From positions 1,364,001 through 1,428,000 of the forward strand of contig CM039008.1 of NCBI GenBank assembly GCA_017499595.2: a DNA stretch of 64,000 nt. The letters run 5' to 3'. The translations under genes and the position numbers were made by a program. Each line of letters begins with the position of its first letter. Position 1 is the stretch's first letter. A model generated the notes under the pieces. That model was not told where the DNA came from. It was given only the letters and a program-made list of their open reading frames with translations, and made no database searches. Shown piece by piece: positions 39,329 through 50,338 of the stretch. The stretch comes from Psilocybe cubensis. Taxonomy: Eukaryota.

Positions 39329-42300
39329 GTGATACCCAAGTTAGCTCCAAGGAAAGGGAAGAAAAAGGACGACGAATCTGAGTACAAACCATCGTCGAAA
39401 GCCAGCAGTTCTAACTCGTTATTACCCACCTCGGAAGCACCTCGAAATCGCCGCAACATTGCACCTGTCAGTTATAGGGAGCGATCTGCGTCTGTTAGTC
39501 CACAGGACGCTAACGAGCTCACTGTCAACGCACCAAATACTGACCCTATCACACCTACGCCAACCCAATTTTCGTTTCGACACGCACCACCACCGTTATT
39601 CAATCGGTTCTCATTTCCACAAGGTACATTCCCAGGAGCGTGGTCTGTTGCAACACCACCAAGTGTACCACGACTAGCGTCGATTGAAGAGCCGGTTGAC
39701 GAACCTCGTGAAGACGAATTTGATAGCGCCAAAGAGTGGCAAACATCGGACGGCGATTTCTTACCAGAACTCGATTTCAACGAGGAATCAGATCCACCAC
39801 CAAGATCTATCAGATCTGAGTCGCCGGAGGCAAGGTCAGAATCAGGAGAAGAAGACAAAGAAGACGTTAACAAGGAACAGCAAGTAGGAGAAGAAACGAA
39901 GCAAGACGAAGAAGATCAGCAACAGCAAGACGAGTTCAAAGCAACCGACGTACCAGCTCCAGCTAAACAAGACAGCCAGACATCCAACAAAGAAGAACCA
40001 AAGTCGTTACAAGTCCCTATACCCGAATCCCAATCAGGAGAATTGAAGAAAGAAGAATCGAAAGAAGAGAAGGACGCACCAAAGACAAATAACAACATGG
40101 TTCAACCAGGAGGATCGACGACAACCTTTTTGAAGGAGATGCCAGCGCCGGGCTCGAGTAAAGCACCTAGCTGGTCAGGAGATGTAGATGAGCTGGAGGA
40201 CTTTCTGGGGAAGTTCGAAAGGTTAGCAAAGACGGCGGGGTTAAATGACGAGATGATGGCAGAGGCAGTGGTGGACTATTTGAGGAAAGAGTCAGATGTG
40301 AAGTTCTGGAAAACTTTCAAGGGTTACCGATTGGACCGACCACGGAGCTTCAAGGCAATGAAGGAGAAGTTAAAGGAGGAATATCCGTGGATGACAAAGG
40401 GTGGGAGTTACACGGTGGACGACTTGACGAGAGTGATTGCCAAAGCGACAAAGGGCAGTGGCATCAGGACCAGTGTCGAGCTCACCGAGTACAATAAAAA
40501 CTTTGAACCAATTGGTCTCTGGCTAGTCAAACAAGGCGAGATCACTGAAGACGAATTGAACGAGTACTTCTGGATGGGCTTACCGCCTCGCCTTCAAGAC
40601 CGGGTGGAAGTGCAGATGGGGGGGAAGAAAATAGGGTTGACGGGAAGGATGGCAGCTCCAGCGGTGGAGGATGTGTTGAAAACGGCGAGGCTGTTATTAG
40701 ACGAGGATGTAGGGAAAGGGAAGAGAGCTGAGCGAGAGGAGAAGTTGAGGAGGGCACAGAAGAAGCTGAAGAAGAAGGAAAAGCGGCGGAAGAAGAAACA
40801 TGAGAGCAGCTCATCGGATTCATCATTGGATTCAGAAACCGAGTCAGAAACCGAGTCTGTGTCATCGGACACATCAGAATCATACACTGAATCGTCAGAT
40901 AGTGAGGACGAGAGGAGGAAGAGGAGGAGAAAGGAGAAGCGACGGGATGCAAAGGAGAAGAAGAAGAAAAAGAGAGAAAAAGAGAGGGAGAGGGAGAGGG
41001 AGAAGGATAGAGAGCTGGCGGAGTTGAGGGCAAGATCAGAGAGGCGGAAGGAAGAGGAGATTGCAAAGGTGAAAGAGGAGGAGGATGTGGTGCGAACTCG
41101 ACGAGTCTCATTTGGCGAACCAAAGAAGAAGACTCGAGAAGAGGATATTGGTGACTTGACACGCAAGCTAGCAGGATTGAAAGTTGGCGACGCAAATTAT
41201 GCTGCAACCTACGGTCAACTCTGTGCTATGGACCCAAACGCGCATATCTGGATACCAACACTACTGGCAACAACTCAGCAGGCGGCAGCAACAAACATGG
41301 CAGTACACGCACCCTATCAGCCACAATTTGCACCAACGTATCAAACTCAGGCTTATCATACGCAGGCACAAACATTCGCCGCTCCGCAAATGCAAATCCC
41401 ACCACCAATACAATACGCCCAGGCGGGTATGTCAGGCCCAAGTTCAAACAGCTGCTATTTCTGCAAAAAAGGACAACATCGCATACGTGACTGTGTAGCC
41501 GCAGCCGAATACGTTAAAGTTGGCCGCATCATGTGGTTTGGAACTCCAGCTCGATTGACATATGCAAACGGAGAGCCTATCCGTTTTGAATATGGGCAGA
41601 GTTTGAAGGACGCTGTTGATAAGCGGTTCGGGTCAGCAGTTCCAACCCCAGGTCAAGAAGGGTGGCAGAGGGATCAACCACCACATGTCAATGTTGCAAC
41701 AAGCGGTTATTATACGCAGACTACCAGAAACGCTAAGACATACACCACAGGGCGCAATGGAGAACAAGTGAAAGTGGAAGCAAGTAGCGGGCGGAAGAAA
41801 ACAGTGGAGGAAGTGCGAAACGAGTGGAAGGAGATCCCATGGGAGAACGGGTACGAAAGCGAGGGCAAAGTGGAGTGGATGGCATGGCAAGAGGTGGCCA
41901 CAGCGGAGGCATTGCTGCAGACACGAAGCGGGAAGAAGACGGGTGATGATGATGAGGAGAGCGGGAGGAAGGAGCAGGAAAAGAGGATAGAGAGAGAGAT
42001 GAAGGAGAGAAAAGGAAAGGCAAGGGCGGAGGAGGGAGAAGGACACCACACTGACATCAAACACATCCGTTTCGATCCCAATGCCATTCAGCGAGGAGGA
42101 CACGAGAAAGCATACACATACGAGTCCAGCATATCTGATCCAAAAGCGGCTTTGAAGATGGCAGAGAAAATCTTCAAAACTATTATACCTGAGGTTACGG
42201 TCGGCGATATTTACGCACTCAGCGGGGACGTACGAAAAACAATGGTTGAGAAACTCAAGGTTGTGCGAGTACCTAACGAGGCATTCCCCAAAACCTCACT

Positions 42301-45300
42301 ATTGGATACAGAAAAGAAGTCAGCAACGACAGCAACAACAGGAGCGGCTACCTTCAAGATGCCAACACTCGAATACTGTACACCACTTCGGGAAATTGAT
42401 GTCGTTGTATGCGGGACGGTTGCATCGGTCGGGTTGTTAGATGAAGGGTCAGAGATTGTGGTGATAAGGAAAGACTTGTGGGAGAGAACAGGGCACAGCG
42501 TCAACAAAGAGCAACAAATGACAATGGAAACAGCGACCGGCGAAAAGGAGGAGATGGGAGGATGTGCCGAGTTTATGGAGATTGAGGTCGGAGGCATTGC
42601 ATCAATGGTACACGCTTTCATCGCACCTCTCGATGCCCCATTCGAGTTGCTGTTGGGACGACCGTGGCAAAAGTACGTGAGGCTAGGGAAGGTTGAGCAT
42701 AACGATGGGCGGGTAGATGTGATTGTGCACGATCCTAAAGACCAACGTCAAGCAAAGGTTATACCAACAAGAGAGCGAGCGAGGAAGGTTGTGAAGAAGG
42801 TGTTGATGTACAGGGAGGCAAGAGCAGAGCAACCAAGAGAGGAGGTGGTGGAATTGAGTGTGGAGGAGGTGGTAATGATGGCGCACAGTCAAGCTCGTAC
42901 AAAACTCGCAAATGAGCTTCTAGGATCAACATTCACCTATGATCAAGTTCAGCACACATTGTTGTATAAGCCAGCAGCAAAGAAAACTCACCCGGTTGCA
43001 ACAACAATGCCAGAATATGCGAATGTTCAACGTCGCTTTCCAGAGGACCCGCTGTTGACGTTACCGACAATACCAATGACGCCAGGGCCATTTAAGCCAG
43101 GAGAAAGGTTGACAGAAGAGAGGTGGAAGATGCTTGGAGTGGAGGAGAATGATTTTTTGTGGGAGGAAGAGAAGAAAGTGGTGGCGGCGGTGTTACGAGC
43201 AAACGAGAAAGGTTTGGCATGGGTGGAAGCTGAGAAAGGAAGATTTCGAAGTGACTACTTCTCGGATGTCGTCATACCGGTCGTCGAACATGAACCTTGG
43301 GTAAAGCGCTCGTTTCCAGTTCCACCAGCATTGCGAGAGCGGTTCAACAAGCTCATCGACGAAAAGTTAAAAGCTGGTGTCATAGAACCTACGACAAGTG
43401 CATATCGGCATGCAACAATCACGTTCGAGAAGAAAGGATCAAAAGACTTACGCATTGTGCACAACCTTGTCCCGCTTAATGAAGTCACTATCAAAGACTC
43501 TGCGCAACCACCATTGATTGATTTGTATGCTGAGCAATGCGCCGGCCGCTCGATCTATACAACAATTGACCTTTTCGTGGGTTACGATCACCACACGCTG
43601 GACAAACGGTCGAGAGAGTTAACAGCCTTTGAAACACCAACGGGAACATACCAGCTTACTGTGTTGCCTCAAGGTTGGACAAACTCGCTGCAAATCTTCC
43701 ATCGTGATGTAGCATTCATCCTACAACACGAAACAGAAGTTGCACCGAATTTTTCCGATGACATAGCGGTCCTGGGTCCAATGACGAGGTATGAGTTGGC
43801 GGGCGGAGGTTATGAGGTGATGGAGGAGAATCCGGGAGTGAGGAGGTTTGTGTGGGAGCACCTGATGGACGTGAATCGAGTTCTTCACAGACTAGCACAC
43901 GCTGGCGCCACAGCATCTGCGAAGAAACTGATTTTGTGTCAGCCGGAAGCAAAGATAGTGGGACAGATATCGACATACGAAGGGCGTAAACCGGATAAGT
44001 CGAGCGTGATAAAAATTGAGAACTGGCCACCATGCGAAAACGCGACCGACGTGCGAAGCTTTCTAGGAGTGGCGGGTGTGGTGAGGAAGTGGGTGAAGGA
44101 CTTTGCGGCGATTGCAATCCCATTGGTCAACCTAACGAAGAAGCAAGTTCAGTTTAAATGGGACAAGGAACATCAAAACGCAATGAATTCACTGAAGACT
44201 GCGGTCACGACATGCCCAGCAATCCGCCCCATCGATTACAAGAGTGGCTTTACGGTCATTCTTCAAGTTGACTCCTCAAACATTGCAGTTGGTTTCATTC
44301 TCATGCAGTTGGATGCAAACGGCGCACGTATAATTGCACGGTTCGGTTCTATACCATGGAACCCACGAGAAGCTCGCTACTCGCAGGCAAAGCTGGAATT
44401 ATACGGCCTGTTTCGAGCAATTCATTCAGTCAAAATTTGGATTGTTGGGGTGCAAAATCTTACCATCGAAGTGGACGCAAAATATATCAAGGGTATGATC
44501 AATAACCCTGATACGCATCCAAACGCAGCTATGAACCGATGGATTGCTGCCATTCTGATGTTCGATTTCAAGCTGGTCCACGTCCCTGGGAAGAACTTCA
44601 AGGGTCCAGATGGGTTGTCACGGAGGCGGAAGGTTGAAGGCGAGGAGGACGAGACAGAGGAGGATGCAGAACAGTGGGTGGAGGAGTTGTATCAATGTGG
44701 GGTGTGGATAGTGGCAGGAATGGGATGGAAGAAGGGAGATCAATGGCCGAGGATAGGAAAGCGAGGTTTAAAAGGGAAGAACAAGAGAAGCGAGGGGAAG
44801 GGTGCAGTAGGAATGGATGTGAAGGTGAAGGAACCAGGGGTTAAAATTAGCGAGGGAGCGAAAGAGGGAGAAGTGATGAGTGTGGAGGAGGCAGTGGTAG
44901 CAGCATTCAAGAGAAAGATGGCGGAAGCGACAGAAAAGGGAGGGTTACCAGACACAGAGGAAGTCAGACAACTCGACGACGAGCTCATGCAAATCAAGAC
45001 TTACCTGGAGACACTGAAACCACCACCAAATCTCGATAGGGTTGCACTGAAGAGATTTGTGAAGAAGGCCAGTCGGTTCTTTGTCCAGGCGAACAGATTA
45101 TGGCGTCGAGATAGCGGCATACGTCACAAGCTCGTGCTATTTGGAGAAGACCGGCTTGAGGTTCTAGTCGAAGGACATGACATGTTAGGTCATCGAGGGT
45201 ACTTTGCGACTCGCCATAACGTTGCCGATCGCTACTGGTGGCCAAAAATTGATAAGGATATTCGATGGTTCATCGACACCTGTCACCAATGTCAATTGAT

Positions 45301-46285
45301 GTCGCTCGAGAAAGTTGTAATCCCACCTACCGTAATGATACCCGAAAGGCTGTTCTGCAGATGCCATATCGACACAATGCACATGCCACCCTCAAACGGG
45401 TACAAATATATTGTCCAAGCAAGATGTGGGATGTCGACATGGCCAGAATGGGATAAGTTGAAGACGGAGACGGCGGCGGTGATAGGCAATTTCATTCTAA
45501 TGAAGTTGATGTTGAGGTGGGGAGTAGTATTTGAGATGATAACGGATAACGGACCTCCATTCGTGGCGGCACTAGAATGGCTGGCCGAGCGATACAACGT
45601 GAGCCATATTCGAATTTCTGGCTATAATTCGAGAGCGAACGGTGTCGTCGAAACAACGCACACCCCAATTCGTACAGCGCTGATCAAGTCGGGTGACGGG
45701 TCCTTGAAAAAGTGGGACGAGAGGGTAGCATTCATGTACTGGGCTGAGCGAATTACAATCAGGAAATCAATCGGGTACTCACCATTCTATGTTGTGCACG
45801 GAATCGAGCCGCTCCTACCATTTGACCTCACTCACGCAACATTCCTACTCCCGGACATCGACCGTTCGCTTTCAACCGCTGAACTCCTCGGTATGCGCGC
45901 AAGACAACTTGAGCGACGCGACGACGACCTAGCCCTGGTCCACGAACGTGTTCTAAAGCGAAGATATCAGTCCATTGCCGAATTTGAAGAGAAAAACAAA
46001 CATAAGATCATTGATTATAATTTTCAACCCGGAGAACTAGTGCTCGTCTTGAACAAGAAGGTCGAGGCTGAAGTGGGAAGGAAGGGCAAGCCGAGATACA
46101 TGGGACCACTTGTCGTCGTACGCCGCTCCGAAGGAGGTTCATACCGTCTGGCAGAACTCGATGGAGCTGAATCAAAGCTGAAATACGCAGCATTTCGTTT
46201 AATTCCCTATTATCCGCGGAATCGACAGGTCATCGAGGTCACGGAGGTCCTAAACAGCGAGGAGTTCGACGGCGACGAGGAATAG
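39329..46285 (+). CDS. Gag-Pol polyprotein (Gag, CCHC, protease, RT, RNase H, integrase)
   Basis: CYFC...HRIRDC; LLDEGSE; LPQG and FSDD; VDSS...ELYG...VDAK...DGLSRR; H..H/C..C, ITDNG, NG.VE; order PR-RT-RH-IN. First ATG at 40097. Confidence 0.96.
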   Translation: MIPKLAPRKGKKKDDESEYKPSSKASSSNSLLPTSEAPRNRRNIAPVSYRERSASVSPQDANELTVNAPNTDPITPTPTQFSFRHAPPPLFNRFSFPQGTFPGAWSVATPPSVPRLASIEEPVDEPREDEFDSAKEWQTSDGDFLPELDFNEESDPPPRSIRSESPEARSESGEEDKEDVNKEQQVGEETKQDEEDQQQQDEFKATDVPAPAKQDSQTSNKEEPKSLQVPIPESQSGELKKEESKEEKDAPKTNNNMVQPGGSTTTFLKEMPAPGSSKAPSWSGDVDELEDFLGKFERLAKTAGLNDEMMAEAVVDYLRKESDVKFWKTFKGYRLDRPRSFKAMKEKLKEEYPWMTKGGSYTVDDLTRVIAKATKGSGIRTSVELTEYNKNFEPIGLWLVKQGEITEDELNEYFWMGLPPRLQDRVEVQMGGKKIGLTGRMAAPAVEDVLKTARLLLDEDVGKGKRAEREEKLRRAQKKLKKKEKRRKKKHESSSSDSSLDSETESETESVSSDTSESYTESSDSEDERRKRRRKEKRRDAKEKKKKKREKEREREREKDRELAELRARSERRKEEEIAKVKEEEDVVRTRRVSFGEPKKKTREEDIGDLTRKLAGLKVGDANYAATYGQLCAMDPNAHIWIPTLLATTQQAAATNMAVHAPYQPQFAPTYQTQAYHTQAQTFAAPQMQIPPPIQYAQAGMSGPSSNSCYFCKKGQHRIRDCVAAAEYVKVGRIMWFGTPARLTYANGEPIRFEYGQSLKDAVDKRFGSAVPTPGQEGWQRDQPPHVNVATSGYYTQTTRNAKTYTTGRNGEQVKVEASSGRKKTVEEVRNEWKEIPWENGYESEGKVEWMAWQEVATAEALLQTRSGKKTGDDDEESGRKEQEKRIEREMKERKGKARAEEGEGHHTDIKHIRFDPNAIQRGGHEKAYTYESSISDPKAALKMAEKIFKTIIPEVTVGDIYALSGDVRKTMVEKLKVVRVPNEAFPKTSLLDTEKKSATTATTGAATFKMPTLEYCTPLREIDVVVCGTVASVGLLDEGSEIVVIRKDLWERTGHSVNKEQQMTMETATGEKEEMGGCAEFMEIEVGGIASMVHAFIAPLDAPFELLLGRPWQKYVRLGKVEHNDGRVDVIVHDPKDQRQAKVIPTRERARKVVKKVLMYREARAEQPREEVVELSVEEVVMMAHSQARTKLANELLGSTFTYDQVQHTLLYKPAAKKTHPVATTMPEYANVQRRFPEDPLLTLPTIPMTPGPFKPGERLTEERWKMLGVEENDFLWEEEKKVVAAVLRANEKGLAWVEAEKGRFRSDYFSDVVIPVVEHEPWVKRSFPVPPALRERFNKLIDEKLKAGVIEPTTSAYRHATITFEKKGSKDLRIVHNLVPLNEVTIKDSAQPPLIDLYAEQCAGRSIYTTIDLFVGYDHHTLDKRSRELTAFETPTGTYQLTVLPQGWTNSLQIFHRDVAFILQHETEVAPNFSDDIAVLGPMTRYELAGGGYEVMEENPGVRRFVWEHLMDVNRVLHRLAHAGATASAKKLILCQPEAKIVGQISTYEGRKPDKSSVIKIENWPPCENATDVRSFLGVAGVVRKWVKDFAAIAIPLVNLTKKQVQFKWDKEHQNAMNSLKTAVTTCPAIRPIDYKSGFTVILQVDSSNIAVGFILMQLDANGARIIARFGSIPWNPREARYSQAKLELYGLFRAIHSVKIWIVGVQNLTIEVDAKYIKGMINNPDTHPNAAMNRWIAAILMFDFKLVHVPGKNFKGPDGLSRRRKVEGEEDETEEDAEQWVEELYQCGVWIVAGMGWKKGDQWPRIGKRGLKGKNKRSEGKGAVGMDVKVKEPGVKISEGAKEGEVMSVEEAVVAAFKRKMAEATEKGGLPDTEEVRQLDDELMQIKTYLETLKPPPNLDRVALKRFVKKASRFFVQANRLWRRDSGIRHKLVLFGEDRLEVLVEGHDMLGHRGYFATRHNVADRYWWPKIDKDIRWFIDTCHQCQLMSLEKVVIPPTVMIPERLFCRCHIDTMHMPPSNGYKYIVQARCGMSTWPEWDKLKTETAAVIGNFILMKLMLRWGVVFEMITDNGPPFVAALEWLAERYNVSHIRISGYNSRANGVVETTHTPIRTALIKSGDGSLKKWDERVAFMYWAERITIRKSIGYSPFYVVHGIEPLLPFDLTHATFLLPDIDRSLSTAELLGMRARQLERRDDDLALVHERVLKRRYQSIAEFEEKNKHKIIDYNFQPGELVLVLNKKVEAEVGRKGKPRYMGPLVVVRRSEGGSYRLAELDGAESKLKYAAFRLIPYYPRNRQVIEVTEVLNSEEFDGDEE

Positions 46286-46660
46286 CGAGCGGGCGATGGT
46301 GCAAAAGAGGGGGGAGGAGGTGTGAAAGAGGGGGGAGGAGGGAAAGAGAAATTTGGAAGAGAAAAGATATTGAGTGAGATCGGAGACGAGAGACGACGAG
46401 CGAGGGCATATAGACAATGGAGAGAGCTAGTTAGAGAGTTAGAAGGAAGAATGAATGGCGAGGGGAGGAGGACTGACCGAATAGAGAGGAAAGGAGGTGA
46501 TAGAGGCCACTTGAGACTGGGTCTTGAGCAGGCCACATATCAGGTCGTGACTGGATGGATCCATATCACGAATAGCACTAGGGAGTGGGCCGCAGGATGT
46601 AGACTCGAAACCGAAACCGAAATTTCAGCCAGGAGCCTGAAATTTAAAGTGGGGGGGAGA

Positions 46661-46946
46661 TGTAGGGATTTGGATACGCGTGCGCGCGACGCGACTCACA
46701 ACAAACACGTCACATGACGCTTGCGGACACACTCACTTGGCATCGTCGACGCCATATGGCCACAGCATAGACGCGTAGTCAGTAGTTAGCACCTTACCGG
46801 AGACGTCGTTACACACCGAAGGACGTATCGAATCATATTTCCTATTTTTTTCCCATCTCTTTCCGTGCTAAACACATAAATATCTACAAAACTCTGTCCG
46901 TACTCAGGCTACTTTGTCCTCTCTCGAACTCGCCCCCTTCCCTACA
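46661..46946 (+). repeat. 3' LTR
   Basis: Identical by eye to the 5' LTR. Confidence 0.97.
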
Positions 46947-49084
46947 ACACCATCAAAATAAACCACCCTGCTCCAGAGGAAGACTGTGCCGATGACATCA
47001 GCGCCATAGTTTTCCGCGATGCATACGAAGATGGTTCGCTCGACTACGATCATTCTTCGCTCGCATCTATTCCGGACCACATCTCTCGAGATGTGGTCGA
47101 ATATATCCATACCCCCATCGTCGACCATAGCTCTCCTATTGTCGACCTCGTTGGCTCTGTCCTCGATTTCGTCGGTGACGTGGAGGTGACACAATTCTTT
47201 GGCCCCATCAATCGCCAAAACGAAGTCGTTGCCCCCACGATCGATCTGGTTGAAGAGCCCACTGTAGTCTTTCCCGCTGCTGCTCCTGTTGAAGCCGTCG
47301 AAGTCGGTCGGGCAGCAGAAGAAGATATTACTGGACATCCCAGCGCATCGCCCATCGAGTCCAAGTCGTATGAAGAAGACGACAGCGACCTGGGAGACAT
47401 CATCGATGGATACTACTCTACGTCGTTGGCTGATAAGAAGGGATGCCTATACGGTATGTCTGGACATCATTTGTTCCTTTTTTTATAAAGTCATATTTAC
47501 CCTCTGCTTCTCAGTGTCTCTTCCGTACAAAGTAGCCAATGTCATCTCCGAGCCGGAACCAGTCAAGGTTCAAATCGCCAAACCAGCTGCCTTTAAGCTT
47601 GCAGCTTTTGGCTCTATCCCGTTATTAGACCAGAACCTTAGTGAGTGGTTTCAGACTTTTAAGCACAATATCCCCCTAACCTTTTTTTACAGTCGACGAA
47701 TTCATCCAGACGCAAGGAGCACCTCGTCGCAAACAGCGCGCTGACGATGTCGGCGTTCGATGCAATGGATGCCACAGCGACATCGTCAAGGAGGTTATCG
47801 AAGAATACCTCAAGGTCCTATCCAAGCACAACCTCGAAAACCGCATCGACGAAATCGATATCGCTGGGGTGTTGTCGGAGGATTGCAAATGTTCAGTCAT
47901 AGATTCTTCGTCATCGGGATTGGTGTGTTCAGCTATCGGTTCGTCATCTTCAGAGTCTGGTTGTTCTGTCATGGGTGTTTCGCATTCAGACAACTCCAGC
48001 TCTCCCACCACCCCCAATCATATCCAAGCTGCTTGTATCTCTGCTGACGCTGAACCCGACAAGCACCACAAAGTCATTGCCGCCACCTCTGCTAATTCTA
48101 CCCCTGTTACGGCCTTTCACACCTCTCCTACCATCGCTACTCCCAAGTGTCAAACCCCAACATTGCTCATCCGTTACAGGTTAAACTCCGAATACCGTCG
48201 CTTTTATACTTCCTCTCGGCCATCAGGCATCCCTGTGAGGCAGAGGACCCAGTCTCAAGCACTCTCCCAATCATCTTCTCAATCCACACCTCCTCGCCCT
48301 CCCTTTGCACCTGCTCACTTTGTCATGCGATGGCTTAACGGCATGCCTCATGGCTCTATTTCTAGCCCAACCAACATCCGTGCCAATTCCCATTCTCCAA
48401 TTCCAGGATCGCCTCCCTCTTCGCTGCGTTCTATCGGAAAGATATAACGTCCCTACGTGTTTGTCGGTCTTCTTCTCTTTTTCTCTCGCTGGCTTCCCTA
48501 TCTTCTTCCATCTTCTCGTCTCTGGCTTCTCTCTCTCTCTCTCTCTCCTTCCTCTTCACCCGCTCGTAAATATAGTTGGACATAGCCAAGCTTCAAGTTT
48601 TATTTGAAGAAGGAAACACCTGGCATTCTCCATTCTGGATACTTTTCTGACTACTCCGCCTCGCCTTACCGTGGACTCGATTCTGTAGAATCGTCCTTCG
48701 GAGCTCGCGAATGTTGTCCTTTATCATCTTAGGTCTTCAGGCTTGTGTTTTCCGACTCCGTCTTGTTTCTATTGCCTCTCTATCTTGGTGTTTGCCTAGT
48801 TCCGTCTTTTTCTACTGCGATCTGATGCTTGGCTTTTGGTCTGTTCTATTCTCCTGGAGCTTCAACCTGGCTTGCATCACATTTGGCGGCCTTAATCATA
48901 TTTCTTACCATCTGTTCAGCGGGATAGACCCATACCAAACGACTCTCACCACTGTGCGGCTTACGTATGTTATGTTGAGGGGCAATCATCAGGTATGTTC
49001 ACTTCCGCTACGGATTCATGACTTTTTTTTCTAATACCCATTGGCTTAGATTCATCATTGTATTGCGCATATATGTGTCCTCGA

Positions 49085-49320
49085 CTGGGTTCTAGAGCGC
49101 TACGAGGTCGACGGACTTCCTGCTGCTCTCCTTCGTCAGGTGAAGGATGGCCCGACGGGGCTATCTTTTCACCGCATCGTTGGCATGCTGTGTCGGTCGG
49201 AGTGCTGACGAGCACCTCTGCCTTCATTGCATAGTCTTGATGCCCGATTTCATTGAAGAAGGAAGCATCGCTGACGAGTGATGTTTCTTTCTTTCTATGT
49301 ATCGGAGACGAAGATCTGAA
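49085..49320 (+). ncRNA. GACG-hairpin structured element, diverged copy D
   Basis: GACG loops at 49110, 49154, 49207 and 49273; stems are re-paired with different sequence; preceded by a putative intron 48993-49049. Confidence 0.62.
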
Positions 49321-49856
49321 CCGTCAACCTCACACTGGATCTCTTCCGCTTGCTCAGGCTAGCTCAGGCTAGCTCTCATCTGTCCGCCAAACTATTAGCA
49401 CACCCTTACTGGCTCGATGACGTTATCCATTTATTTCACTCGCAAGTTGGATCGCCCTTGACGTTTTAAATTTTCATCATGACTCAGGCTATTGCCAACA
49501 TTTTCTCTATGTCTTTGCTTGCTCCATGCTTTTCCTCGAACATACATCTTTTCTGCGTTACTTTACTATCATGCTTTTGTGCTTCTTTTGATTTTTGTAG
49601 TTTCAAGTGTTCCGTTTCTATCATTTTATCTCATTATCTGCGTCCTTTTTCTTTAGTTTTCTTTAGTATTCAAAATTAAACCTGGATCTTGTCCCAAGCT
49701 ACGCGTGATACTTAATCCTTGAATCGTTGCAAAGTAACTTCATACCATTCATAATGATTTTAATATTCGCCATGATTTCCGTGTCATGAACAAACAAAGT
49801 TTACGGTATATTAACTAGAACAGGAGAAATGAAATCAAAAAGAAATGGAAAAAGAG

Positions 49857-49962
49857 TGACCGAGGTAGGGGTCGAACCTACAATCTCCTGATTGCGAGAT
49901 CACGTGATCAGAAGTGCACGTACTGATCGTAGTCAGACGCGATGCCATTTCGCCACACGGCC
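49857..49962 (-). tRNA. tRNA-Arg(ACG) with a ~34-nt intron
   Basis: GGCCGTGTGGCGAAATGGCATCGCG TCTGA CT-ACG-A [intron] ATCAGG...GGTTCGACCCC...CTCGGTCA; A and B boxes; downstream T-run. Confidence 0.92.
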
Positions 49963-50338
49963 ATATCTATCATTATAAAATTACGTTACTACACATGAAA
50001 ATAACTGTTTTCAGTTTTCCTGCAAGCCATACTTTTCTTATTTCTTCCAAGTTCAACACATCGGTGCAGGTATTATCATGTCACCGTCTGCCAACCATCA
50101 GAGGACCCGTAAATCCTGATGCTCAGAAACTTACTTCATTTTCCTATATTTCACCTTTCAAACATCCACAGCAATAGTGCACGGACTGACGCCGAGAGTC
50201 GCAAGAGCGGTGCAATACAAACTCAAGAGGGGAAAAGTGTATATTCTATAAGCCACAAACTATCGATCAGTTACAATATTGGTAATAATACAGATGTCGA
50301 AGAGCACGAGTTCAGAGGCATAAAAGCAAAGTGTTCGG

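Larger units (their letters stand above)
38861..46946 (+). mobile_element. Full-length Ty3/Gypsy LTR retrotransposon
   Basis: Two 286-bp LTRs (TGTAGGGA...TCCCTACA), ACAC TSD at 38857-60 and 46947-50, TGG-starting PBS-like site at 39149, PPT AAAGTGGGGGGGAGA. Confidence 0.97.
38601..48447 (+). pseudogene. Diverged FGSIPLL-family paralog (copy D), interrupted by the Gypsy insertion
   Basis: MPKLSISKLFSRP...KKKGKTRR|TGLLKKGAPWKKCKEH[insertion]TIKINHP...FKLAAFGSIPLLDQNL|.DEFIQTQ...PSGIPVR; the frame is restored when the element and one ACAC are removed. Confidence 0.8.
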
